Source: Mobula birostris | Lineage: Eukaryota | Assembly (NCBI RefSeq): GCF_030028105.1 | Contig: NC_092379.1 | Coordinates: 24,173,821 to 24,237,820 of the forward strand | DNA length: 64,000 nucleotides | Direction of reading: 5' to 3' | Shown: positions 12,956 to 24,080 of the stretch, piece after piece | How positions within the stretch are numbered: position 1 is the first letter of the stretch | How the letters are laid out: each line of letters starts with the position of its first letter | Position numbers and translations under genes: made by a program | The notes under the pieces: generated by a model | What the model was told of the DNA's origin: nothing | Seen by the model: the letters and a program-made list of their open reading frames with translations, nothing else | Databases searched by the model: none

Positions 12956-13860
12956 GACGCAAGGGGCGGTGACGAGCAGGCAGTGAGTTGAACAGACCAG
13001 CAGGCCGCTGACGTGCCGTCTCCTGCTAGGCACAAGTGTGACAGTCAGGGACAAAGTCATAAAAATCATGGGATATAGACAGCCACCTATCAGGCCTACT
13101 CCCGCTGACACCGCACAACATCCAATGCAGGCAACTCCAGTCTCCACGGTACTAATAGGATTCACCTGGTGCTCGTCGCAATTTACTCACCTTCAGCCAA
13201 ATTAACCCAAGTTTTCCCCCACTGTCCTTGTACGATGATCGAACCAGCCGGCCTCAAACAATTGTTCCAAGCTTTACTTCTCCCATTCTAAAGTTCACTT
13301 TGTTGACTATTTAGTTTCGTTTCGTTTCTAGTACTTTGTGTCACCACTTGGTTTGTTATTTCCCCATTTATTATTAAAATTAACGATTATTGATAAGTAG
13401 TTTCAGGTGCTCTGCTTTGGATCAGGCCTCCGTTATATTTCCTGACAGGATCTGTGAAGCATCGATTGATCCAGCAGAGTATGCTCACCTAACGCACATC
13501 GTCTGCCGACATGCGCCCGCGATCCAGAAGCAGCAGGAAGGCTCTGGCCATCTGTCTGCATCTCTCATCATGCTCTCCGTTTCTGTGCAGTAACTCCGCT
13601 CCAATACAACCTCCTCCACCTGAGATCTGGATCCCCCTGTTTGAACGCTTCGATGGATTTCCACCCCGATACTGCAACTTATTGTACGATTTTGTCTTAC
13701 ACTTCGAGCACCTGCCGCTCGGTATTGCATGCACCGGGCCACGGTCGCTTTCGTCATCTCTATCTTGACTGGACGAGTTTTGATATGGGCCTCCGCTAAA
13801 GGGGAACACAAAGTCACCATTTGCAATCGAGGGACGAATTATCTACCCGCCAGTTGCCCT
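12956..13860 (+). mobile_element. Sushi-like LTR plus gag N-terminal fragment
   Basis: The LTR-like segment ends ..cctgaca at 13447. It is followed by a (M)DPAE start, ERFDGFPPRYC..FVLHFE and VAFVISILTGRVLIWA, typical of sushi/PEG10-type gag. Confidence 0.75.
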
Positions 13861-14229
13861 TCGAACAGCAAGTTTCATCACTCTTGCTCACTGAATTTTC
13901 AAGCGTCTTACGGAAAGCCCACCACATCAGCAGCCATACCCTCCATTTCGTTCCCAGAAGCATTTTAGATTTTAGGACCATCACGCTAACACCTCTATAA
14001 CTCAGGTAGTTGGGAGAGCTTCCATCATGATGAAAGAAACAGTGAATACGGGCGGTAATGCAATCAGTAGGAGGTGCGCGACATTACCTCCTGCGTCGAC
14101 GTGCTACCGGGTTGTCTCTTAGAATATTCAGATTCATAAGGTTATCCAAGCTGTTCCGTTCACGACGCACTACGATATCATGTCGGATCCCTGTGTTTAG
14201 TCCACACTGGAATGCACTAATGAGAGATC

Positions 14230-14600
14230 TCTCGTTTCACCCGGTAACAACTGCAACAGTGCAGAAAATTAATCTGTTGTCCCACTCCCTTGGCGCAGGA
14301 CCAGAGTTGGTGTCAGTCTCCTCCGTAACGGAAAGTCAAACTGTCTCTTGAACTCGACTCCAAATTACCGTAAATACTGGGCTGTGTGATAATCTTGTTT
14401 TCGTCGTTCTCGACAGTCTGATTTGGGTTTTTGCTGCATAAACATATAACCATATAGCAATTACAGCACGGAAACAGGCCATCTACTAAGAGATTCATCA
14501 TGTAAGCAGGTCGCCGTGCATTAGTATTGAACCGACCTGGCTGTTACATTGGATAGTCAGCATACACTGGCTAATAAAGCTTCTGCAGCCTTCGGGATCA
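14230..14600 (-). pseudogene. Possible fossil Ig C1-set constant exon (copy A); homologous to 19200-19460
   Basis: Broken-frame motifs KIITQPSIY..SSSRDSLTF and REWDNRLIFCTV. DNA similarity to 19240-19460 is clear by eye. The Ig identity is inferred. Confidence 0.3.
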
Positions 14601-16119
14601 CAGCACTATCTGTCTGGTGAGGGATTGCTCGGTTAAGGTACAGAAGCAGCAAGAAAAGCAGGACATTTGTGCCTGAGGCTGCTGAAACTGCAATAAGGGA
14701 GGGGATGGGTGTTCAAGTGCTGAAATTGGGACCATCCTGCTTGACAGCTGCTGAATAGCGGTAGTGAGAGACAGCTGAAACTGGGTTTACTGCTTTGAGA
14801 TTCGTTGTCTCACTGGAGAAGACTTTTCTGCCAACCCATCCTCCACTGATTGTAACTTCCCACAAACTTGACCAAGAAATTTCAAGGGCGATTGTCTCTT
14901 TTTCTCTCACTTCTGGGTCCAAATTGTGGTCATGTCAATATGTGGTTAATTTGAGAGACACGGACATACAATGAACAATTCTCTGAGTATTGATCCGAAT
15001 TGCACAGAACTAGGGAGATACAGTAATAAACGCTTAGCCAATAGGGCCTGTAACTAAAAACTCTCGAACTAACGAAAATCTGCTGCCGTCGGTGCGGCTC
15101 GAAAGCAGAAACCTAGCGCTAAATTAATAACGCTACTTAAGCAATACCTTTCTAAATCCCTAATCCCTTTTCCGGAAGCAAGGAGAATGGTAAGCGTAGA
15201 GTGTTGTCATCTCTCAGCTTTGATCATGACTTAACATGACCTCAACAGAAGGAAATTAGATAAATACAATTGCAAATAATTACTAATTGGCTGGATTGTC
15301 TACATTCCCTTGCGCGGTCTTCTTATAGCTCTTCAACAGCGAGGAAACCAAGTTAGTGGTAGTTGCAAAAAGATGAATAGGAATGGATGAGACAAAAAGA
15401 AGATTTTTCATATGGCGAGGTTAACTGTAATAATTACAGTTTTCCTCCTTCGTAAAGTAGTATGCTGGGTATCTCCTACTCCTCTCTAGTTCGCAATTCT
15501 CTTGCGTTTCTTTATGTTTCTTGTCCTGTCCCAATTTTACCTTTCTTTGTACGTGTGCACTTAGTCGAACTGTCCTCACTGATCTATCAACCGGGTGACT
15601 TAATTTACATATGCTCTCCATGTGAACTCATGTCTCACCCCATTATAGGAGGATGTTCAGTGCCCTGACCAGTGCGTTCCACTGCCTCTGAAACTTAATA
15701 TGACTTTCTCTCTGACCTTCCCCGTCGTAGCAACGTTTCTCGTAATCGTACTTTACCACTTGCTCTACTCTTTTCGTGCGATATGATTAGCATTTTAGCT
15801 ATTTTTTTCTTCTTTCCATTACTAAAGAACATTCCTTCGCTGCATCACTCAACGCTCACCCGTACACTGAAAATCAACAAAGGGCTGTAACTGGCATGCT
15901 CGGCAGTAGTCTACTGAAATGGAATCTATGAGTAGATACAGCAAGAAAGCAGACCCTTCGACACATCGAGTCTGCATCGACCATTTCTAACCATTGACCG
16001 TCATCTTTCATAAATTCCATGTGCTGTTCTCCCCGTAACCCTGTCCAAGAGCACATCGCAGATCGTGGCACTCACGCACAAAATATGGTCAACTGACAGT
16101 GGCCAAACAATTTATCAAC

Positions 16120-16420
16120 CATCTCGTGTTTGTGATATGTGCGAAAACAGCAATCCACACTCTCCATTCCACAGAGAAAAAATCACTCGATTACTAGTAA
16201 ATTTGAAATAGGCAGATCCGTAACGGCTGATGTCAGGGTACATTTGGATATCTGGATATGTGACGTAGAGACGCTTGCAGGTGCGCTGGTATGCCCCATT
16301 CAATATTCCTAAATCTTCGATGAAAAAAAAAAATAACAGACCATGGAATAAGCATATAACTCAGGCCAATACAGTTTCGAATCAGACTCTCAACCAACAC
16401 CCCACATTGGCTGTGCCGAC
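16120..16420 (-). pseudogene. Possible fossil Ig C1-set constant exon
   Basis: Motifs occur in C1-set order across shifting frames: VICLFHG, NIEW, DIQMYP, SLWNG..SH. Confidence 0.25.
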
Positions 16421-16651
16421 CATGATGCACATTTAAACAATACACCTTCCTTCAGGTGTTCTGTATTCCTCATTTCTCTTCCTGTTTAGGTAAAATTCAT
16501 TATGCAAGTATATACTGAAGGTCCACTTGAGGAATTGCTACTGACGCATGAGAACATTTATCCGATGTACTTTCAAAGCAGAGAAACATTGTTCGTGCTG
16601 ATACTGAGTCCACACATTAGAAGCATAGAGAAACCTTGCGTTATTGCTCTA

Positions 16652-17847
16652 CGTCATGGTCCGGTCCTTGAAGTCCGTATTCCGGGTCACAGTCCGGTCC
16701 ATCGACCCTTCCTCCAGGTTTTCCTATCTACCCTGTTTCTGTTCTTGTTGAGGTAATTGAGGCAGCTGATGTTCGTTGGGTCTGGCTGCATAAATACCTT
16801 CAGAGACCACGACGTGGCCGCTGGATTGTTCTTGTCCTTACTCCTTGTATCCCTTGCTCTGCCTTCTGTTTCCTCGCCTGAAGTCTTGCCTTGTCTTGCC
16901 GGTAACTTTCGCCTCACCTGAAGTTCTCATCTCGCCTTGCACTGCCTGAAGCCTTGCCTTGCCTTCCCTTGCTGATAACTCAGCCTCGTCTCGCCTGCAG
17001 TCTTGTCCTGGAGCCAATCTGTACCTAGCTCCCTTTTTGTCCCTTGCTTCCGCCCAGGAAAGACAGGCCGTCTAGCCGTTACCTGCGGTTGTTTCTGTCC
17101 TTTCCGGTCCCTTGCCTCTGTCGGGTGGTGATCAGCGCCCTGCCCAGGTGATCCGCGCCCTGCCCAGGAGTACCGCGCCCTGCCCAGGAGGAGCCTGCCT
17201 AGCCTCAAGCCTGAAGACTCCAGCCTCCTGCCTAGCCTCACGCCTGAAGACTCCAGCCTCCGGCCTAGTCTCAAGCGTGAAGACTCCAGCACCTGCCTAG
17301 CCTCAAGCTTGAGGACTCCAGCCTCCAGCCTCGCCTCTAGTCTGAAGACTCTAGCCTCTAGCCTCGCCTGTAGCCTGAAGACTCCTTCCTCCTGCCCAGC
17401 ATCGACTCTAGTCTCTAGCTTCCTGCCTGCTGCCAAGCCTGGCCTCAAGTCTCTAACCTCCTGCAAAGCCTCGCCTCAAGTATCCTGCCTCCTGCCAAGC
17501 CTTGCCTCAAGTCTCCTGCCTCATGCAAAACCTCGCCAAGTCTCTTGTCTCCTGCCAAGCCTCGCCTCAAGTCTCTAAGACTCCAGTGTCGTCCTGCCTG
17601 TCAGCCAAGCCTCGTCCTTGCCTAGTTCTGGGGTCCGAGCCAGAGGCAACACCCACGTACTGGGTCCTTGTCCAGTCTTTGGCTAGGAGTCCAAGCCCGG
17701 GCTCTAAGCTCTTTTTGTCCAGTCCTGTTCCAGGTTCCTGGTTTTCCTGTCCATGTCCTTGCCATCGCCTTGTATCCTAGTCCTGTCCTTAGTACCTCAT
17801 GTCTTTGTCTTGCACTTGGGTCCGTTCCCAGCCACCACCCTATGACA
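16652..17847 (+). mobile_element. Solo LTR of a sushi-like Gypsy family with an internal heptamer-based minisatellite
   Basis: Starts cgtcatggtccggtcc and ends ..gggtcc..tatgaca. Flanks ctcta/ctctg form a near 5-bp TSD. Contains a (gcctcaag/ctccagc)n array. Confidence 0.8.
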
Positions 17848-18249
17848 CTCTGGTAGCGACCTCGCCCGTACAAGTGTTTGCCGTTCCCACACATCGTCAT
17901 CATTTTAATCAGAAACCATAAAACCACTGTGGAAACGAATTGTCCTCAATACCCAAGAGCTGACTAAGAGAAAGGTCTAAAGTCGTGGACAACGAACATT
18001 TAAATTATACCTCTTATGGAAAAGACACACCGGGGAAAAAACCATGCCACATAGCTATGAACCGAACCAGGAGCCAATTAGAGAGGCTCTGTGTGTGCAT
18101 CGTGTAGTGACACTCAGATACTCCAAATATATAGTTTTATAATAATATAATTATAAATATGAATAACATATCATATCATATCGCATAAATATGATTAACA
18201 ATATAATAATATTTTATTCCTGTTATTGCTGCTTATTTTTGCTTCTGTA

Positions 18250-18405
18250 CTGCTTAGCTTTACCTAACTATTAAATGGAATATGTATATTTGCAATAATT
18301 CTTTTTTTTCTCTAATTTTTAAATATATTTCATTGTACTGCTGCTGTAAAATTCACACCTTTCATGACATATGCTGGTGGTATTAAACCCGATTCTGATT
18401 CTTTT
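18250..18405 (+). mobile_element. LINE (Rex1/L2-type) 3' end remnant
   Basis: Ends ttcatgacatatgctggtggtattaaacccgattctgattct, a typical 3' tail with a (gattct)n repeat. Confidence 0.5.
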
Positions 18406-19199
18406 TCTGAATGACTGCAGATGAATTATATTAGGTAATTTCTATACACAACAAGGTGCAATGAAATTCCGTCTTCGTATAACGATCAAATTGTAAACAA
18501 TCCCCAGGTTAATAATAAATCTTAATAGCAATAGTAAACGCTAACAACAACAAACTGCGCAAATTAGAATAGTGCAACAATTGTAGTATAAAAGCGAGGT
18601 TGTGCAAAGATTGCAGGAGTACAAGATAATAAGAGAACCCATATGGTGTGATACGAATATTATATGATAAGGAAACGTTAGCCAAGGAGCAGGCATTATT
18701 TCTGTAACAGCATGTTCTGTATGTCTGAGAAACAAAGAATCGGAAATTAAAGCAAACACGATTTCCGTAAGTTTATTGACGACGGGCGACAACGCCTCTG
18801 TAATCTGCAATCACGGAAACAAACGGGTTGACCTATGCAACCGGCAGTCTTTTTTCTTTATAATTCATTGAAGAAATGCAGGCGTCGCAGGCTGAGCCCG
18901 TTTCAGTGTCTCTCACTCCGCACCTGGGTCATATTGGAGACTACTGGAGGATCTGTTGGTAGATTTCCCGACTAAAACCTTTCTAGATGTTTGTGTCCCA
19001 CTGAATCGTTGCCTTCTCGGATAAGAAGCCCTGCATAAAATATGAGATCCTAAATTTGCTGGGGTTTAGATGAGAGGCATTCAAGTCTGGACGCCAAGAA
19101 TGCTACCAGCCGTGCGGGTATGATTCCCGGAAAGCCATCTCACTGACGAAGTGGAGAATCCGGACTAAACTGGAAGCAACGAGGAATGATCGACAGTTT

Positions 19200-19460
19200 T
19201 GGCAGGAGTCGGTGGTTGTCTCTCACGTACTGGAAACTGGAAGGTCAAACAGAGTTTTGAACTCGACTACACATTATCGGACAAAAAATGGGGCTGTAGG
19301 ATGGCATTGTTTTGATCGGGCGTTCAATGGAGTGATTTGGATTCTTTCTGAGATATTCACCATATAAGCCAATCACCGTGCACGATCATTAAACCGACCT
19401 GGCTGGTCTCATTGCAAAGTCAGCTTAGATTGGCTAATAAGGTTTCTATAGCCTTTAGAA
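19200..19460 (-). pseudogene. Possible fossil Ig C1-set constant exon (copy B)
   Basis: One open frame reads SCTVIGLYGEYLRKN..IKTMPS..SRVQNSV*. The conserved Trp and second Cys are not recoverable. Homologous to 14320-14600. Confidence 0.3.
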
Positions 19461-20190
19461 TAAGAACATAAGAACATAAGAAATAGGAGCAGGAGTAGGC
19501 CATTCGGCCCATGAGCGTGCCCCGCCATTCAATAAGGTCATGGCTGATCTGTCCTTAAATATAACTCAATCTACCAGCCTTTTCTCCCATAACCCTTAAT
19601 TCCCCTGCTATGTAATAATCTGTCTAAATGTATCTTAAATATATTTAATGAAGAAACCTCAACTGCTCCCTGGGCAGAGGATTCCACAGATTCACTACTC
19701 TCTGTGAAAAAATAAAAACAGCTTCTCCTCATCTCCGTCCTAAATCTTCTCCCCTGAATCTTGAGGCAACGTCCCCTATCTTTAGTCTCACCTGCTAATG
19801 GAAACAACTTCCCTACTTCTAACTTATCTATTCCTTTCAACATTTTGTATGTTTCTATAAGATCCCCTCTCATTCTTCTGAATTCCAGAGATTATAGTAC
19901 CAGGCGACTCAATCTGTCCTCTTAGGTTGACCCCTTCATCTATGGAATCAACCTCGTGAACCTCCTTTACACTGCCTCCAAAGGCAGTCTATCCTTCCTT
20001 AAGTATGGAGAGCAGAACTGCACACACTGCTGCAGGTGCGGCCTAACCACACTCTCTCATTGAAGCAGGCACTCGCTGCTCTTAGATTCAATCCTCTAGC
20101 AATGAGGGGCAACATTCCGTTTGCCTTCTTAATTCCCTGTTGTACATGGAAGCGAACCTTTTGCGATTCATGATCAAGCACTCCCAGTAG
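19460..20190 (-). mobile_element. 5'-truncated CR1 LINE
   Basis: ORF 19571-19873 reads MRGDLIETYKMLKG..RFRTEMR. The (agaacata)n tail is at ~19458-19485. Confidence 0.9.
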
Positions 20191-20800
20191 GGTTGGTAAG
20201 ATGACTGATGTGTCAGTGCGGTAGTGCTTTGGAACCAGTGACCACAGGTCTGTTAGTTTTGTCAGAACTATGCAAAGTGACAGAACTAGTCCAGATTTTC
20301 AAGTTTGAAATTGCACTGAGTCACATTCTGACGCTATGGGAAAGGCACTTGCAAAGATTGATTGGAATAGTTTGATTGCGTGTTAACCAATTAGAAGGGC
20401 TATAAATTGAGACAGTGAGAGATTAAGGTCTTCACGTTCCTGAGTTACTGAAGTGCAAGAAAGGTAGGAGGAGGGTACCATGAATAATGAGGGATATTTT
20501 CGGCTCGCCTGTCAAAAGAAGAAAGCATCGATAAAGTGGAGTCAGCTGGGTTCCAGTGATTAGCTGGAACAATACACGGGACGCCGGAATCTAGAGAAGT
20601 AGCAATCATCAGTGCAAAAATAATACAGTAGATGGCCTTGGCAGAGGAGCTTAAGGAAATCTCAATTCAAATATATGTCTATTGAAGGGGAAAGAAAAGA
20701 ATAACATGAGGGAGAATAGGGCTTCTCGAAGACCAAAGGAGGCATACTTACATGGAGATTTAGGAAACGTACATCGTCCTTTGTTAATTTCACCGCACAG
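20190..20800 (+). mobile_element. Highly degraded CR1 APE/linker fragment
   Basis: Residual similarity to the other CR1 copies in the window (gaaccagtgaccac.., linker region). Confidence 0.45.
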
Positions 20801-20905
20801 AAAGACATGGCTTCATAACTAGGAAATGTAAGGTGGAGTTCATGGTGACAGTCTCTATTTCAATAGAAGAGTATTCCTAGGTCTCAAAAGCTATGAAGGT
20901 TGTTA

Positions 20906-23712
20906 TAGTCCGTGAGCCAGTAGGGTTGTTCGGTACCATCTGAGGGAAATAATCCTCATAATGATTTCTGGCAAGGTACTAATCTCTAGAGTTAGAGAAT
21001 ATGTGATAACATTTCACCGGTGGTAGCTTTATTACTTCAAATAAGTAATCGTTTTTACTATACATTCTATATTAACATCAGTACAGCAAATATGTTACCC
21101 ACCCCCTCAAAAGGTTAAAAAAACTCATTTGCAGTGATTTCTAGAGTTTTATCAATGACATGATATTTTCCGCAATGTTGTATCAAATCAAAACAATCTT
21201 AAGCTTTTGTCATAGCATATGGAATTACAGTACAATAATTCAAATGTGGAGTTCCACACGGCCATAACCTTAGGCCCCACTTGGTTGTAAAATGAATATA
21301 TTTATTAAACACTTTCTCATACTTTGCTTTCCATGCTTTCTTAACCTATTCGTAATCATAATAATTTTCCAAGTCTTCTACGTCTTCCACATCTTAATCT
21401 GACTTTCCACACTCTCGGATGTGGAAGCCTGGTCCTCATAGTCTGAGAGCCTACCCATGTCAGTACAGCTGAGGCTATTTGGAATACACATATATCTTGC
21501 GAGTGAATATATTTTTTGGACAGTTATAGGCCAGTAGATGCAGGACGGCATCCGGTGCTGACTGGCCTTCCATTCATTGCACCACAAACTGTTCAGCTTC
21601 CTCTTCTTCCTCCATCTTCCATCCTCTGTCAACAGGGCTTGGCTGTTGTAGGTCCTTCTCGAAAACATCTTCTCCATATACCAGCGTGGTAGTTGGCTCG
21701 CTGTGCATGTTTTGTTAAACAATCCTTGCATGGCGGGATTTGATGACTTTCGATTACATCTTTTTTTTTTGGCACAGAAACGGTGATGTCTGAGCTCATT
21801 GACCTTGGTGGTCGATGCCTTTGGGGCATTCAGGAGACATGTAAATGCCTTCAGTTTGTCCATCAGCTCTGGGGAGAGTTCCCATTCCTGATCCAACTCT
21901 GGGAGTGTGCCATCAGTTTCCCTGTTGCTGGTCAGAAGTTTTAGGGCTCTTGTCTTCCCTTTGCCTGCAAAAGCGCTCACAGTGTCATATCCTGTACATC
22001 TGTGCAACCCGATTAGAGCCTTACAAACCTCTATGCCAACAGTGGCAGCAACCTTCCTGATGTATACAAGCCTTGCACGGGTTCTAGTGCCACAGTTATG
22101 GAACAATGGGGCCTCAATCTTGTCGCAAAATGCAAAAGAAATGATAAAGACATCTGTGTCTTCTGAGCAGATCACTACAGATTGGTATTTCTCTCTTGTG
22201 GCATGGGCAGCACGGAGTAGTAGGCTTCTTTTTCTTGACACTGAACAGCTGACACCTCCTCACTGTCTTGATGTGTGAATATGTAATATTTCTCATTCAC
22301 AGTTTCATACAGAATCTTCTCCTGTAGCTTTGCTCTGTACTTCGCCTTCCTCCATTCGTGGTCTATGAAGCTAATAAAACTATTTTTGTTTCCGACATTG
22401 GTCAGGAAGCTCCACTACTGCCTCACCATCTGTGTGCCTGTGATACCTGGCAACTCATCACCAGTCTTTTTACCCCGTAGAGATTTTTCACTATTCTTGA
22501 TAGAGTTCTCCATGTATGTGTCGAAAACAACATCTATTTTCCAACTCTGACTGCCTCCCCTCACAGCCATACCTAGCACTGTTGTGGCAACATGTATGAA
22601 TGTAATTTGATCACATTTCACTCTTTGGACCAAGTTCATTCCATCAAACACTGTAGCAAAGTTTCATCGGAGTTGCTCTTCTACTGCCACATTTTTCTGC
22701 AAGGTTGCGGCTAAAGTAGCTATATTTGTTTTTCTTAGAAATCCTTCTGCTGTGGACCGGGACCAGGGCAATGGTCCAAGAGGATGAGAAAGGATATCCT
22801 CCATACATAGACTGCGCCCTTGCGCTATCACTATGATGCGTCCAAACAAAGACATGTCTGCTTTCAAGATGATCGCCCACCCATTTCATTTTACTTCTCT
22901 CTTCTTACACGGATGACTGAATGTTTTCAGCTTGTTGGTTTTCGTTGGGTCCTGGAATTTCCTTGCTAGTGGGTCTTTCTCTAGTCTCTCATCCTTGAAG
23001 GTTGCATAGTTCACCAACCTCATATGCCTTCATCAGGTCAGAGGCAATGCCCTTGGAGACTGCATTTGCCGTAGAGATGCTAATTAGGTCCCGCTTCTCT
23101 GCAAATGCGTTGACCCATTCATGTACAAGGCTACCCACTGCTGAAAATGTTTCCTCATCTCTCTGTGTTCTTGGCCGCTGTAGCTCCGCATGACAAAGCT
23201 CTGATTTGTTACCTTGCACTATCGCCCTTAACTGACCCAGAACTGCACTGCGGTGCTCAGCTGTTTTGTAGTAACGCTTGATAGCTAGACATGCAGGCTC
23301 AACTGTGATGTGTCTCCAGGAGTCTGTGTGCCTTTGTTTACGGTGGCTTCAATAGCCTGGTCCACAGGGATCTGCCCAAAGGGGTTGTTACTTGACAGCT
23401 GCACTGAGAACTGGTCTGTCTTAGAGGCCTCATGCACAAAAAGATTCTTCTCTGGGAAGTTCATCATCTGAGCAAAGAAAGGGGACAGGTACCTGGGATA
23501 ATTCATCTTATCATAGGCAAATCAACATGGGATCATGGTTCTTATTGCATGGAGGTGCAACTCCCAGTCCCCCTCGCAGAAAGCTACCACCGCTACAATG
23601 CTATCACATATTTTCTAGCACACGGGGTGTATATTTGCCAAAAATCACTGTAAGTATTATTCCCCCCAGATGGTACTGGTTGCCCAAATTTGGGGTCCTG
23701 GATCACGCACTA
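20906..23712 (-). mobile_element. Academ (AcademX)-like DNA transposon, internally deleted
   Basis: TAG...CTA termini with a TTA 3-bp duplication (20903-20905 and 23713-23715). Imperfect TIRs of ~70-78 bp (20906-20974 and 23635-23712). Minus-strand remnants include REGDWELHLHAI..YDKMNYPRYL..PVDQAIE, SEDTDV..ALIGLH..GYDTVSAFAGKGK (XPG/H3TH-like) and a Cys-rich C-terminus. Confidence 0.75.
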
Positions 23713-23945
23713 TTACAACGCCAGGTCTTCACTAGGTAGGTATATCTAAGTGCACTACAGGAATCTACAGAAGATATTTCATGGCCCTAGGTTATATACT
23801 TGCATCACCGTTATTGGTGAGTAGAATGGCGGGTGGCACATGCTGTACTTTATTTAGTAAGGCTTGCAAAAGAAAAACATGGAACTACAGAACATGATTC
23901 TAACGTATGTTTTATGTAAGTTATTGTGAGGATTCGGATGGGTCA

Positions 23946-24080
23946 TGATGCATCCTGACGACAATAACAAGGCACACTTCAACAGTAGATGACACGTTTC
24001 TGAATTAAAGCAAATTCACTTAGTTGGCACAACTCTCAGCTGAGTGCCGGCGCCAAATACCAGCTTACTTCTTCACAGTT
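23946..24080 (+). repeat. Unclassified dispersed repeat; second copy at 58368-58500
   Basis: tgatgca..ttcaaca..aactcactt..cagctgag..gcaccaaata..agctt..cacag is shared between the two sites. Confidence 0.6.

Noticed and set aside
16927-17466. 179-aa repetitive ORF (ESSGLRLGRRL repeats) and similar S/Q/P-rich ORFs at 41950-45678 and 59302-60222
   Set aside because: These are read-throughs of LTR minisatellites that happen to lack stops; there is no coding evidence.
20878-23735. Alternative outer Academ ends (TAG at 20878, CTA at 23732-23734)
   Set aside because: The inner ends give better TIR identity and an exact TTA duplication.
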